The notes under the pieces are model-generated. The model worked only from the letters and a program-made list of their open reading frames with translations. It did no database searches and had not been told where the DNA came from. A program made the translations under genes and the position numbers. A stretch of DNA of 61,748 bases from an uncultured Acidimicrobiales bacterium (GTDB lineage: Bacteria; Actinomycetota; Acidimicrobiia; Acidimicrobiales; Hopanoidiivorantaceae): the NCBI GenBank assembly GCA_964514465.1, contig CAZERQ010000192.1, forward strand, positions 1-61,748, written 5' to 3'. Of this stretch, positions 1 through 8,784 are shown piece after piece. Numbering within the stretch: position 1 is the stretch's first letter; each line of letters starts with the position of its first letter.

Positions 1-1
1 G

Positions 2-2080
2 GATTGCACAGCCAGGAGTTCAACGACATACCGCGTTGACGACGATGGAGATGCGAACCTCACCGGCACGAGTGTCGTGCTGAAAGGCAAGGTCAAAGTC
101 GCCGGCACCAACGGCAAAGCAGATAGATATGTGACCTGCTCATATGATCTCGTGCTGTCAGATAATTCGGATAACCTAGAGGAGCAGCCTCCGCCCGATG
201 ATGGAAATGTCCATGATGCTCCTTTGGCTTCTGCGAACAAGCAGGTTGCTGTGAACTTCCGGTCGTTGTTCGCACCGGGGGTAGATATTGATGTGCCGTC
301 TGATTTGGACAGCGCTTTCGTGGGTGCACCATTTAAGGTTGAGTTCTATCGTGTGGGCAACGACAACGAGTTTTGCACAAAATTCGGTCTTGTGACTTAT
401 GTGCTTCGGTCCGGGGGGTCTGTGACGATTGAAGGCGATAGGGTTTCCTTGGTGGGTAAATATATTGATTCCGGAGAATCTGTGGCGTGTTCTTATACAG
501 TGGTGTTCCCAAGTGGCATCAAGCCTCCCACTTCGGCCGGGGATCCTGCGGGCAGTGCAGTCAGAGTAAGGGCACTGCAACCGGGTGCTGACGCTGACAG
601 CCATGTGGGAGTCGCCTCGCCCGATGTCGAAGCGGATTATGATTTTCCGAGTTATTTTTCCCCCATCGTCAGTTTCGCTGGCGCGGGCATTGCTGAGATG
701 GCAGGCCTGGTTTCTGTTGAGGTCAGCTTTGGGAATGACACGGCAGCAGGCGCGCAGTCGGGCTGTTCTGAGCCTGCATCAGCAGTCTATGTGCTAACTG
801 GAGGCAGTTGGGGGTTGCAGGACAGCACCTTTGAGCTGGTCAACAGCCCCACAGGTTCGGATCTTGGGTGTTCATATTCAGTGAGCTTGCCCAAAGTTGT
901 TGAATCAGGCGACAGTGTCTTCGTCCAGCAGACTAGAGGCGACATCTCGGTGAGTTCCACCAGCCCGCTGGAAGCTGTTTATGCACCCGGGTATACTCTC
1001 CCTACCACTGTGTCGGTGCCCCAGATTGACGGGGAAACCGCAGGCATAAAGAAATTTGCAAACTCCAATATTGCGCTTGATTTTGAGATTGAGCCTGGGT
1101 CGCCGGGTTGCCCAGACGAGGAAAAATTCAGATATACTGTCAATGATGAGGGCACCGTGGTTGCGGCTAATGGAACTGAAGTCAGACTGATGAAAGCACC
1201 GCTAGTGCAGATCACCCAAGATTCACAAATTGTCTGGTCCCTAGCTGCGGGCAACTGCCGATATGAAGTCAAGCCAACTTCTGATGCGGAAGAGTTGGCA
1301 TTGTACTTTCCAAGAAAGAAACTAGTTGTAGATCATACGTTTTCTTCGATCACAATAAAGTTTGCAGTGATGTTTGAGGTGGATGTGGACATAGACATTC
1401 CAATGGAACTAAATGCAGGTGTCAACATTTTCTCTGGAGCCACCATAACCGTTGATTTCGAAACTGTATCTGACCTTAATCCTGGATGTGAAAACTCAAG
1501 TGCAACTTTCACGGTGCAAAACGACGGAAGTTTCTCTAGTTTAAGTATTGATTTGGTTGACTATCCTGCAGGGGGAAGTTCACGGTGCTTCTACATAGTT
1601 AAATTTATGGATGTGGTAACAATTAATGAATATAGACTTGAACTTCAGATAAATTCGACAGTGGCAATTGATAATACAGTGCAATCACCGGAGATAGAAG
1701 CCGATTATGCTAGTGTGTTTGCTCTCCAAATCACGTTTGAATTACCTGATAGGGATGGTGCAAATAGCTTAGCGGGCACACTTTTGGTTGCAACATTTGA
1801 TCGAGATCCAAGATCACCTTCTGGATGCATTTCACGGACACTAGTTTATCAAGTGCAGAGCAATGGAGATGCAGAACGGTTGTCTGGTCAAAACAATTAT
1901 CTACTGGATCGACCGACCGAGCAACTCTTCACACCAGGGACGCTGACGACATGTGAATACATTCTGTCTAGCTTTGTGTCTAGTAGCGCTAGCATAGTTT
2001 TCGTGAAAAATGAAGCCTTTAGATTCAGTGCTTTGACACCAAGTGGAATCGCTGAATTCAGGGATACTAACACCGGATAA
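2..2080 (+). CDS. Secreted or surface tandem-repeat protein, 5-prime truncated by the window edge; divergent paralog of the downstream giant repeat protein
   Basis: The frame of ORF 77..2080 has no stop back to nt 2 (DCTARSSTTYRVDDDGDANLTGTSVVLKGKV precedes the listed GTG). About 6 degenerate ~110-aa units each carry a Cys pair (CTKF..CSYTVVFP, CSEP..CSYSVSLP, CPDE..CRYEV, CENS..CFYIVKF, CISR..CEYILSS). Composition is very AT-rich. Stop TAA at 2078-2080. Confidence 0.7.
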   Translation, partial: DCTARSSTTYRVDDDGDANLTGTSVVLKGKVKVAGTNGKADRYVTCSYDLVLSDNSDNLEEQPPPDDGNVHDAPLASANKQVAVNFRSLFAPGVDIDVPSDLDSAFVGAPFKVEFYRVGNDNEFCTKFGLVTYVLRSGGSVTIEGDRVSLVGKYIDSGESVACSYTVVFPSGIKPPTSAGDPAGSAVRVRALQPGADADSHVGVASPDVEADYDFPSYFSPIVSFAGAGIAEMAGLVSVEVSFGNDTAAGAQSGCSEPASAVYVLTGGSWGLQDSTFELVNSPTGSDLGCSYSVSLPKVVESGDSVFVQQTRGDISVSSTSPLEAVYAPGYTLPTTVSVPQIDGETAGIKKFANSNIALDFEIEPGSPGCPDEEKFRYTVNDEGTVVAANGTEVRLMKAPLVQITQDSQIVWSLAAGNCRYEVKPTSDAEELALYFPRKKLVVDHTFSSITIKFAVMFEVDVDIDIPMELNAGVNIFSGATITVDFETVSDLNPGCENSSATFTVQNDGSFSSLSIDLVDYPAGGSSRCFYIVKFMDVVTINEYRLELQINSTVAIDNTVQSPEIEADYASVFALQITFELPDRDGANSLAGTLLVATFDRDPRSPSGCISRTLVYQVQSNGDAERLSGQNNYLLDRPTEQLFTPGTLTTCEYILSSFVSSSASIVFVKNEAFRFSALTPSGIAEFRDTNTG

Positions 2081-2084
2081 TCTG

Positions 2085-5000
2085 ATGTTTGAGGGAAATG
2101 TGCAGTGCTGCTCAAGAGTTGCTGGCTGGGTGTGGGCAGGCGCGATATTCATCGCAGGGGTTCTGGCAGTGTTATTTTGGCTGGGATTTGGTGTTGGTTC
2201 TGCCTCAGCTCAGGAACAAACAGGTGAGCCTGATGTTGCCACCACGTTTATTCCTGAAATTACAATTACCGTGCCCCAAGTGGATATCAATGGAGATGGA
2301 ATAAATGATTTCAGTGGCACATTTTTTAGACATAGGATTATGGTAGCGCAAGATTCTGATGCTGGCTGTGGCGGGCTTCTTCATGGTGAGCGTTTTTCTT
2401 CGCTCAGTTGGTCGCTCAAAGTGGTGCCCAGCGGTTTGGTCGAATCTCATGGTCTCAATTGGCGCCAAAGTTTAATTGGTCGTCCTGCTGGGGTGGAGAA
2501 GGAGTGTATTTATGAAATTAGATGGCCGACTTTTCAAGCAGGTGAAGCAGTTATGGTGCGACGGTCTGGTCCTGTTGCGACGGTAAGCTATTCTAATAGG
2601 GTGGTTAGTGCAGATTATGTGGCTGGGACTGTTGCGTCGTTTAGTCCCGAAGTTAATATTTCAGTGCCTGATGTTGATACCAATGGTGATGGTGTGAATG
2701 ATTTTTCTGGCACAAATTTTGAGGTGTTTTTCCGCCGGTTGGCCGGCTCCAACTCTGCTTGCTCCCATAGTGAGTACGGAATGTATACAGTTCAAAGTGA
2801 TGGCAGTGTGGCCGTGCATGGTGAGGCGCCTGTGCTGGTGGATCGTACAGTTGAAATGTCTTCAGAAGGATGTTCATACAGTGTAAGATGGCCGACGGTG
2901 GTTGGTTTCGTTCTCCAGCCCGGTGCCAGCGATGCAGTGAACTACACCGCCAGGAGCATCTCTGCTTCTTATGCATCTGGTACGGTACTATCGTTTAGTC
3001 CCGAAGTTAACATCTCAGTGCCTGAAGTCGATGTTGACAACGATGGAGTGAATGATTTATCTGGGACAGAGTTTGTCATAAAGTTTGATGGATCAGGTTC
3101 AATCGCAGATGGCTGCTATTCTTTTGCGAACGCGACTTATGTTGTGCAGGATAGTGGGGCAGTTGAAGTGTCTGGCGAAGTGCCTGTGCTGGCATTCAAA
3201 ACAGTGGGCGAAGACTGGCATTGTAGCTATGAATTGACTTGGCCGACTGTTCCTGGTTTGGTGCGGAAATCTGGCTACACGACTGAGGTGACAAGTGAAC
3301 GTTATGGTCGTTACTCAAGTATTGCGTCTGCAAGTTATGTGGCTGGTTCTGTGGTTTGGTTTAGTCCAGATGTTGACATTTCGGTGCCCAATTTGGATGC
3401 AGATGGCAACAGTGAGAACGACTTTGCAGGGACTCAGTTTTTGGTGCAATTTAGGCGATCACCAAAATCTGGAGCTGAATGCACTGCCTTTGCAGGCGGG
3501 ACTTACGTGGTGCAAAATAGCGGTGATGTAACTGTATCTGGCGATGAACCTGTCTTAGTGGATCGCTCAATAGGGATGAGTGCACTGTGGTGTGAGTATA
3601 ATGTGTCGTGGCCGACTGTTGCTGGTTTAGTATTGGATATACATGAGCGAAAAATTGTGGGCTTTAGTTCTCTAAATTCACTTGGGTTCCCGAGACCAGC
3701 CTCTGTGGCTTCTGCTAACTACAGAGCGGGAGATGTTATTTCGTTTAGCCCTGATGTCAATATTTCGGTGCCTGCTTGGGATGCCAACAACGATGGTGCG
3801 AATGACTTAGCCGGCACACTATTTGCTGTTGAGTTTAGACGTGCTTTCGGCCATGGTGATCGGTGCACATTATCTGCGAACGGGGTTTATGTTGTGCAGG
3901 ACAATGGTGAGGTTGTGGTGTCGGGAGCAGAGCCTGTCTTGGTGGATCGCACAGTTGGAGAGACTGAAGGGTGTGAGTACGAAGTGATTTGGCCCAATAT
4001 TGGGGGTTTGGAACACTATTATATTTGGCAGCCAAACACGACACGTGTGCATGCGGCTAGAAAAACAGTTTCCATCAGATATAATTTATCAACAAGAACA
4101 ATATTTTTTCCTAGAATAACGATTACAGTTCCACGAACAGATGCTGATAGTGATGGAACAAATGATTTTTCGGGGACTCGATTTGTGGTGGAGTTCAGTC
4201 CAGCGACTGGTTCGCCCAGTGGCTGTTCGGGTTCGCAAGAAAATCATTTAAGTGGAAGTTATACGGTCCAAGATAGCGGGTTGGTAACTAGGGATCAAAC
4301 TGGGTCTGGCTGGCTAAATTCTGGTACTGGTTGGATGGTGGACCGTCCGGGGGGGTTGACATCCAGGTGTTCATATGATGTTATGTGGCCGACAGTTGAA
4401 GGTTTGGCGCGCCAATCTGGTGCCACAATGATTCTAAAAGCTGCAGGCAGGGAAATTTCAGCAGTTTATGTTGCTGGGTCAGAATCTACTTCCTTGGTTG
4501 AAGAGTTGGAAGAGCAAACTTCAAGCTCTAGTGATGCTACAGTTGCATCAAGTTTTAGTCCCATTGTGGAAATAAATATTCCATGGTTGGACGCAGACAA
4601 TAACAATGTAAGCGACTTTTCTGGCACTCAGTTTATGGTTTCGTTTAAGCGGGTGTTTGGTACCAATGCTGTGTGCACCGATTCTTTGAATGGAATTTAT
4701 GTGGTGCAAGATGACGGTGATGTGATGGTGGCTGGCACGGACCCGATCTTGGTGGACCGCCCAGTTGGTGTTACTACAAATTGCATTTATGTGGTTGGGT
4801 GGCCTGCGGTGGAAGGTTTGATATATTCACATACAATTTTTTCCGCATCTTCGGTGAATGCTTTCTCAAAAACTGCAAGGGCCACTTACCAATCTACTGT
4901 GGACACGACGTTTAGCCCAATTGTTAATATCATGGTCCCACAAGTAGATGCTGACAGTGATGGGGAAAATGATTTCGCTGGAACTCAGTTTGTGGTGAAA

Positions 5001-8000
5001 TATACACTTACCATTAATAGCAATTGGCGTTGCGGCAACAGTGCGCTAACAGGGACTTATGTGGTCAGAGATAATGGTCAAGTTACGGTGTTAGCTGCTG
5101 AACCAGTGTTAATCAACCGCCCAGCTAGGCAGCATAGCGATTGCGAATATAATTTAACCTGGCCAGTTGCGCCTGGTCTAGAACTCCAAATAGGTGCTTC
5201 AACTTCAGTGAGTGCATCCAACAGGGCCATTTCTGCAAGTTATGTGGCATATGTGGCACCGGCCACAACATTTAGTCCTAAAGTGGTCATTACAGTTCCG
5301 CAATTGGATGCTGGAAACGGTGGAGTCAATGATTTTTCTGGCATCAGGTTTGTTGTATTGTTCAGGCGTGTGTTTGGTACTAGCGCAGAATGCACAAACT
5401 CCGCGAGTGCGACATATGAGGTTCAAAATAGCGGTGATGTGTCTGAGACCAGCGCAGCTGTGCTGGTGGATCGTCCTGCCGGGTTGGCCTTAAGCTGCAT
5501 CTATGCTGTGACATGGCCTAGTTTTGTTACTTTGGTGCCACTATCTGGAGCCACCACTTCGGTAAGCGCTTCTGCTAGAACTGTTTCGGCTAGCTATGGG
5601 GCGCTGTTAAATTACGACAGTTTTTTTCCGACTGCCATCATTTCTGTGCCTCAGATAGATGCAAATGCTGATGATGCCAATGATTTTGCGGGCACTGAAA
5701 TTCCAATATCTTTCTCTCCCACAGCTTTGTCCCACCGAGAATGTGGTTATACCTCGAATTATATTGTTGGGTTTCAAATTCCGACAGGAAAATATGTGGT
5801 CAAAGAAAGCGGCACAGTGGCAGTTGTCAGTGCACATGTGCGTCATGACCTGGTGAGTTATGTCACCGGGGCAAGTTCTATTTGTGTGTATGATGTAATC
5901 TGGCCCGACGTGGCTGGCTTAGTATTGCAGCCTGATGCCACAGCCACAGTGAGCTACACGGTGGAGACTATCTCTGCCAGTTATGTGGCCGCCACTGTCA
6001 CAACGTTTAGCCCCACTGTGAACATTTCAGTTCCGCAAACGGATGCTGGAGGGGATGGTGTGAACGATTTTGCGGGAACAAGTGTTGCTGTGACGTTCAG
6101 TCGCGTATCTGACTCCAGTTCTGATTGCTCTGCTTCAGTGAGCGGGGTTTATGTTGTGCAAAACAATGGGGATGTGGAGTTAACTGGAACGGCACCCATG
6201 TTAGTGGATTATCCGGCCAGGTCGGCGGATGGTTGTGTTTATGATGTGGCATGGCCAGATGTGACTGGTTGGGACATTCAACCTGGGGCATCCAACACTG
6301 TGCAAGGTTCTGCCAGAATTGTTTCTGCTGGCTTTGCGGTTTCTGAGGAGACTGCTGCCACCACGTTTAGCCCGATGGAAGATATCACGGTTCCCCAGTT
6401 AGATGCTGATGGAGATGGCGTGAATGATTTTTCTGGAGTTAAGTTTCAGGTGGGATTTGCTCAAAATTGGCAATTGAGTGGTGGGTCAGGCCATTGTTCA
6501 GATACCATAGTGAAAACGTATGTAGTGCAGGACAGTGGTGATGTGGTGGTTTCGGGTACTAAACCTGTATTGATTGATCGCTCGGCAGGAGCAACTTTAG
6601 GCTGTGTCTACAATGTGGTATTATTGGCACCTGATGGCTTAACTCGTCCAAACCTTTATCCATTTAGTTTTTTGAGTGCTGCGAACAGGACTCTTTCGGT
6701 GCATTTTCTTGCGACTCCTGCATCGACATTCATCGCAGATGTGTCTATTTCAGTTCCGCAGACTGATGCCAATGGGGACGGTAACAATGATTTTTCTGGC
6801 ACCAGATTTGAAGTGACGTTCAGGCGTGTTTTCGGATCAAATGTGGGATGCACAGATTCTGCGAGCGGGACCTATGTCGTCAGAGACAACGGCGTCGTGA
6901 CGGTGGCTGGCGCAGAACTAGTTTTGGTTAATCGCCCGGTTGGTGGAATAGTGAGGAAGTGCGAGTATGCGGTTGTTTGGCCGACAATTGCTGGGTTTAC
7001 TCGTAAGCCTGGTTCCACCACAACGGTTTCTTCCTGGTTGTCCTATGTCAACTCTGTAGTGGCAGCTGACAAGACTGCTTCAGCATCGTATGAAGCAACT
7101 GATCCTGTGGTTGACACTGCTGCCACTTCGTTTAGCCCGACTGTTGATATTTCGGTTCCGCAGCTGGACGCCGATGGTGATGGTGTGAATGATTTTGCGG
7201 GGACTGGGTTTGTGGTGACGTTTAGGCGTGTGTTTGGTTCTGATGTTGGTTGCACGAGTTCGGCTAGTCGCACCTATGTTGTGCAGAATGACGGCACGGT
7301 GTCGGGGGCAGATTTGTCTTTGGTGGATCGCCCTGCTGGCGTGAGCTCTGGGTGTTCGTATGCTATAACTTGGCCTTCTGTTGCTGGTTTGGTGCGCCAG
7401 ACCGGGGCGACCTCGAGGGTGAGCGCATCAACGAAATCTGCTTCTGCAAGTTACAGTGCGATTGCTGCAACTTCGTTTACGCCTGATGTGGTGATTTCGG
7501 TTCCGCGGTTGGATGCTGACAGGGATGGTGTGAATGACTTCTCTGGCAGGCGTTTTGTGGTGACGTTTAGGCGGGTGTTTGGCTCTGATGCTGGTTGCAC
7601 GAGTTTGTCCAGCCGCACCTATGTTGTGCGGAGTGACGGCACGGTGTCCGGGGCCGGCCCGTCTTTGGTGGATCGCCCTGCGGGTAGTACCACGGGTTGC
7701 ATCTATGTTGTGGGTTGGCCGGCTGTGACTGATTTGGTGCGCCAATCCGGTGCCACCGCTACGGTGAGCGCGTCGGCCAGGTCCGCTGCGGCGACATATC
7801 AGACCGGCTCTACCTATGTTGCGCCTGTGCCTGCAGCGGAGGAACCTGAAGTTGAGGAGCCAGAGGTCGGGGAGCCTGAGACTGAGGAACCCGAGCCAGA
7901 GTCGCAGGAGCCTGCCCCCGCGGAGCCTACCCCGGGGGTTGAGGAGCCAGTGGTTGAGCAGGCGCAGAGTCCGGTCGCGGTCGGTTCGGCAGGTGGTGGC

Positions 8001-8699
8001 GCAGTTGGCGGAGGCGGTAATGCTGGCACCGCAAACGCTGGTGTCGGGGCATCTGGTGGCGGCGTGAATGCCGGAATTGGATCTGGCTCCGGTACTGTGG
8101 CCGATTCGGGCGTGGGTGTGTCTGGTTCGGTTCCGGGTGCGCCCGTGCCCGAAGTCGGTGTGATTCAGTTGTCGCGGGGTTGGGTGATGTTGCCGTTCAA
8201 TGGGCCGTCAGGGATGACGCCGGCTGATTTCGCCTCGGCATTGGAGGGCGCGATCAATAGTGTGTGGGTTTGGGATCTGTCTGCTCAGCAGTGGCAGGGC
8301 TGGACAGCCAGCCGGGGTTCCTTTGGTTTGACGGGTTTGGTGCCTGGTGATGTGGTGATGGTTTATGCGCCTGCTGGCGGGACGGTGGTGTATAGCCCGG
8401 CTGACCTGTTGGGCCACCGGGTTGGTGTGAACAGCTGGACTTTGGCGCCGACCGGGATTTCGCTGGTGGTCTATGGCGGCGGCACTGCAACCTCGGCTTC
8501 TGATGTGTTTGCTAGCTATGCGAATTCTGCTGTGGTGGTGTATCTGTGGGACAGCCAGAACCAGCGCTGGGAGTATCACCTGCCCGGCCGCCAGCCGCTG
8601 TCGTCTGTTCAGGTGCCGTGGTTCTCAGACATCAACCCGGGCGATGCCATGTTCGTCTATAACATCTCACCCACAGCGGTCACCATCCCCTGGGAGTAG
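2085..8699 (+). CDS. Giant secreted tandem-repeat protein: signal peptide, 15 repeats of ~115-125 aa with DxDxDG-like loop and Cys pair, Pro/Glu-rich and Gly-rich linker, Trp-rich C-terminal double module
   Basis: One uninterrupted 6.6 kb ORF. The N-terminus is WVWAGAIFIAGVLAVLFWLGFGVGSASA|QEQ, signal-peptide-like. The motif FSPxVxISVPQxDAxGDGVNDFAGTxFxVxFRRVFGSxxxCTxSASxTYVVQxxGxV....LVDRPxGxxxxCxYxVxWPxVxGL recurs 15 times. Start is ambiguous: ATG 2085, GTG 2100 preceded by GAGGGA, or the listed GTG 2043, which overlaps the upstream gene. Confidence 0.85.
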   Translation: MFEGNVQCCSRVAGWVWAGAIFIAGVLAVLFWLGFGVGSASAQEQTGEPDVATTFIPEITITVPQVDINGDGINDFSGTFFRHRIMVAQDSDAGCGGLLHGERFSSLSWSLKVVPSGLVESHGLNWRQSLIGRPAGVEKECIYEIRWPTFQAGEAVMVRRSGPVATVSYSNRVVSADYVAGTVASFSPEVNISVPDVDTNGDGVNDFSGTNFEVFFRRLAGSNSACSHSEYGMYTVQSDGSVAVHGEAPVLVDRTVEMSSEGCSYSVRWPTVVGFVLQPGASDAVNYTARSISASYASGTVLSFSPEVNISVPEVDVDNDGVNDLSGTEFVIKFDGSGSIADGCYSFANATYVVQDSGAVEVSGEVPVLAFKTVGEDWHCSYELTWPTVPGLVRKSGYTTEVTSERYGRYSSIASASYVAGSVVWFSPDVDISVPNLDADGNSENDFAGTQFLVQFRRSPKSGAECTAFAGGTYVVQNSGDVTVSGDEPVLVDRSIGMSALWCEYNVSWPTVAGLVLDIHERKIVGFSSLNSLGFPRPASVASANYRAGDVISFSPDVNISVPAWDANNDGANDLAGTLFAVEFRRAFGHGDRCTLSANGVYVVQDNGEVVVSGAEPVLVDRTVGETEGCEYEVIWPNIGGLEHYYIWQPNTTRVHAARKTVSIRYNLSTRTIFFPRITITVPRTDADSDGTNDFSGTRFVVEFSPATGSPSGCSGSQENHLSGSYTVQDSGLVTRDQTGSGWLNSGTGWMVDRPGGLTSRCSYDVMWPTVEGLARQSGATMILKAAGREISAVYVAGSESTSLVEELEEQTSSSSDATVASSFSPIVEINIPWLDADNNNVSDFSGTQFMVSFKRVFGTNAVCTDSLNGIYVVQDDGDVMVAGTDPILVDRPVGVTTNCIYVVGWPAVEGLIYSHTIFSASSVNAFSKTARATYQSTVDTTFSPIVNIMVPQVDADSDGENDFAGTQFVVKYTLTINSNWRCGNSALTGTYVVRDNGQVTVLAAEPVLINRPARQHSDCEYNLTWPVAPGLELQIGASTSVSASNRAISASYVAYVAPATTFSPKVVITVPQLDAGNGGVNDFSGIRFVVLFRRVFGTSAECTNSASATYEVQNSGDVSETSAAVLVDRPAGLALSCIYAVTWPSFVTLVPLSGATTSVSASARTVSASYGALLNYDSFFPTAIISVPQIDANADDANDFAGTEIPISFSPTALSHRECGYTSNYIVGFQIPTGKYVVKESGTVAVVSAHVRHDLVSYVTGASSICVYDVIWPDVAGLVLQPDATATVSYTVETISASYVAATVTTFSPTVNISVPQTDAGGDGVNDFAGTSVAVTFSRVSDSSSDCSASVSGVYVVQNNGDVELTGTAPMLVDYPARSADGCVYDVAWPDVTGWDIQPGASNTVQGSARIVSAGFAVSEETAATTFSPMEDITVPQLDADGDGVNDFSGVKFQVGFAQNWQLSGGSGHCSDTIVKTYVVQDSGDVVVSGTKPVLIDRSAGATLGCVYNVVLLAPDGLTRPNLYPFSFLSAANRTLSVHFLATPASTFIADVSISVPQTDANGDGNNDFSGTRFEVTFRRVFGSNVGCTDSASGTYVVRDNGVVTVAGAELVLVNRPVGGIVRKCEYAVVWPTIAGFTRKPGSTTTVSSWLSYVNSVVAADKTASASYEATDPVVDTAATSFSPTVDISVPQLDADGDGVNDFAGTGFVVTFRRVFGSDVGCTSSASRTYVVQNDGTVSGADLSLVDRPAGVSSGCSYAITWPSVAGLVRQTGATSRVSASTKSASASYSAIAATSFTPDVVISVPRLDADRDGVNDFSGRRFVVTFRRVFGSDAGCTSLSSRTYVVRSDGTVSGAGPSLVDRPAGSTTGCIYVVGWPAVTDLVRQSGATATVSASARSAAATYQTGSTYVAPVPAAEEPEVEEPEVGEPETEEPEPESQEPAPAEPTPGVEEPVVEQAQSPVAVGSAGGGAVGGGGNAGTANAGVGASGGGVNAGIGSGSGTVADSGVGVSGSVPGAPVPEVGVIQLSRGWVMLPFNGPSGMTPADFASALEGAINSVWVWDLSAQQWQGWTASRGSFGLTGLVPGDVVMVYAPAGGTVVYSPADLLGHRVGVNSWTLAPTGISLVVYGGGTATSASDVFASYANSAVVVYLWDSQNQRWEYHLPGRQPLSSVQVPWFSDINPGDAMFVYNISPTAVTIPWE
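2241..7800 (+). repeat. Array of 15 in-frame coding tandem repeats (period ~345-390 nt)
   Basis: Repeat heads: TTFIPEITITVPQVDINGDGINDFSGT, ASFSPEVNISVPDVDTNGDGVNDFSGT, LSFSPEVNISVPEVDVDNDGVNDLSGT, through TSFSPTVDISVPQLDADGDGVNDFAGT and TSFTPDVVISVPRLDADRDGVNDFSGR. An acidic/Ser-rich spacer (SESTSLVEELEEQTSSSSDATV, ~nt 4480-4560) splits units 1-6 from units 7-15. Confidence 0.9.
7131..7800 (+). repeat. Two most similar adjacent repeat units (units 14 and 15), exact 345-nt offset
   Basis: TTT of FSP at 7131 and of FTP at 7476. Long identical nucleotide runs are shared, e.g. gtggtgacgtttaggcg, ggttgcacgagtt, cgcacctatgttgtgc, gacggcacggtgtc, tctttggtggatcgccctgc. Confidence 0.85.
8160..8699 (+). 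repeat. Dispersed direct repeat, copy A (coding: C-terminal W-rich double module of the giant protein)
   Basis: LSRGWVMLPFNGPSGMTPADFASALEGAINSVWVWDLSAQQWQGW...WEYHLPGRQPLSSVQVPWFSDINPGDAMFVYNISPTAVTIPWE. Pairs with 10063-10602. Confidence 0.85.
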
Positions 8700-8784
8700 C
8701 CGCCCCTGCAGTGCCGCAGCGTTGCTCGGCAATCTGTCTGAGCCAGAGGTGTCTGGTCGGGGAATATATTGTGGGGGAGGGGAA

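Noticed and set aside
2241-7800. Regular ~345-390-nt periodicity, considered as a possible CRISPR or non-coding satellite
   Set aside because: The period is far too long. There is no repeat-spacer alternation. The whole array is one open reading frame with conserved amino-acid motifs, so it is a coding tandem repeat.
7826-8150. Pro/Glu-rich then Gly/Ala/Asn-rich tract (GGAVGGGGNAGTANAGVGASGGGVNAG), considered as homology to collagen-like or mycobacterial PGRS proteins
   Set aside because: This is low-complexity similarity only. There is no GXY periodicity and no PE domain, so I treat it as a flexible linker.
8473-8784. Listed N-terminal extension of the gene 3 ORF (MAAALQPRLL...)
   Set aside because: It overlaps the conserved C-terminal module of gene 2 in another frame. 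The translation is Cys/Arg-rich nonsense, and the real signal peptide lies downstream.
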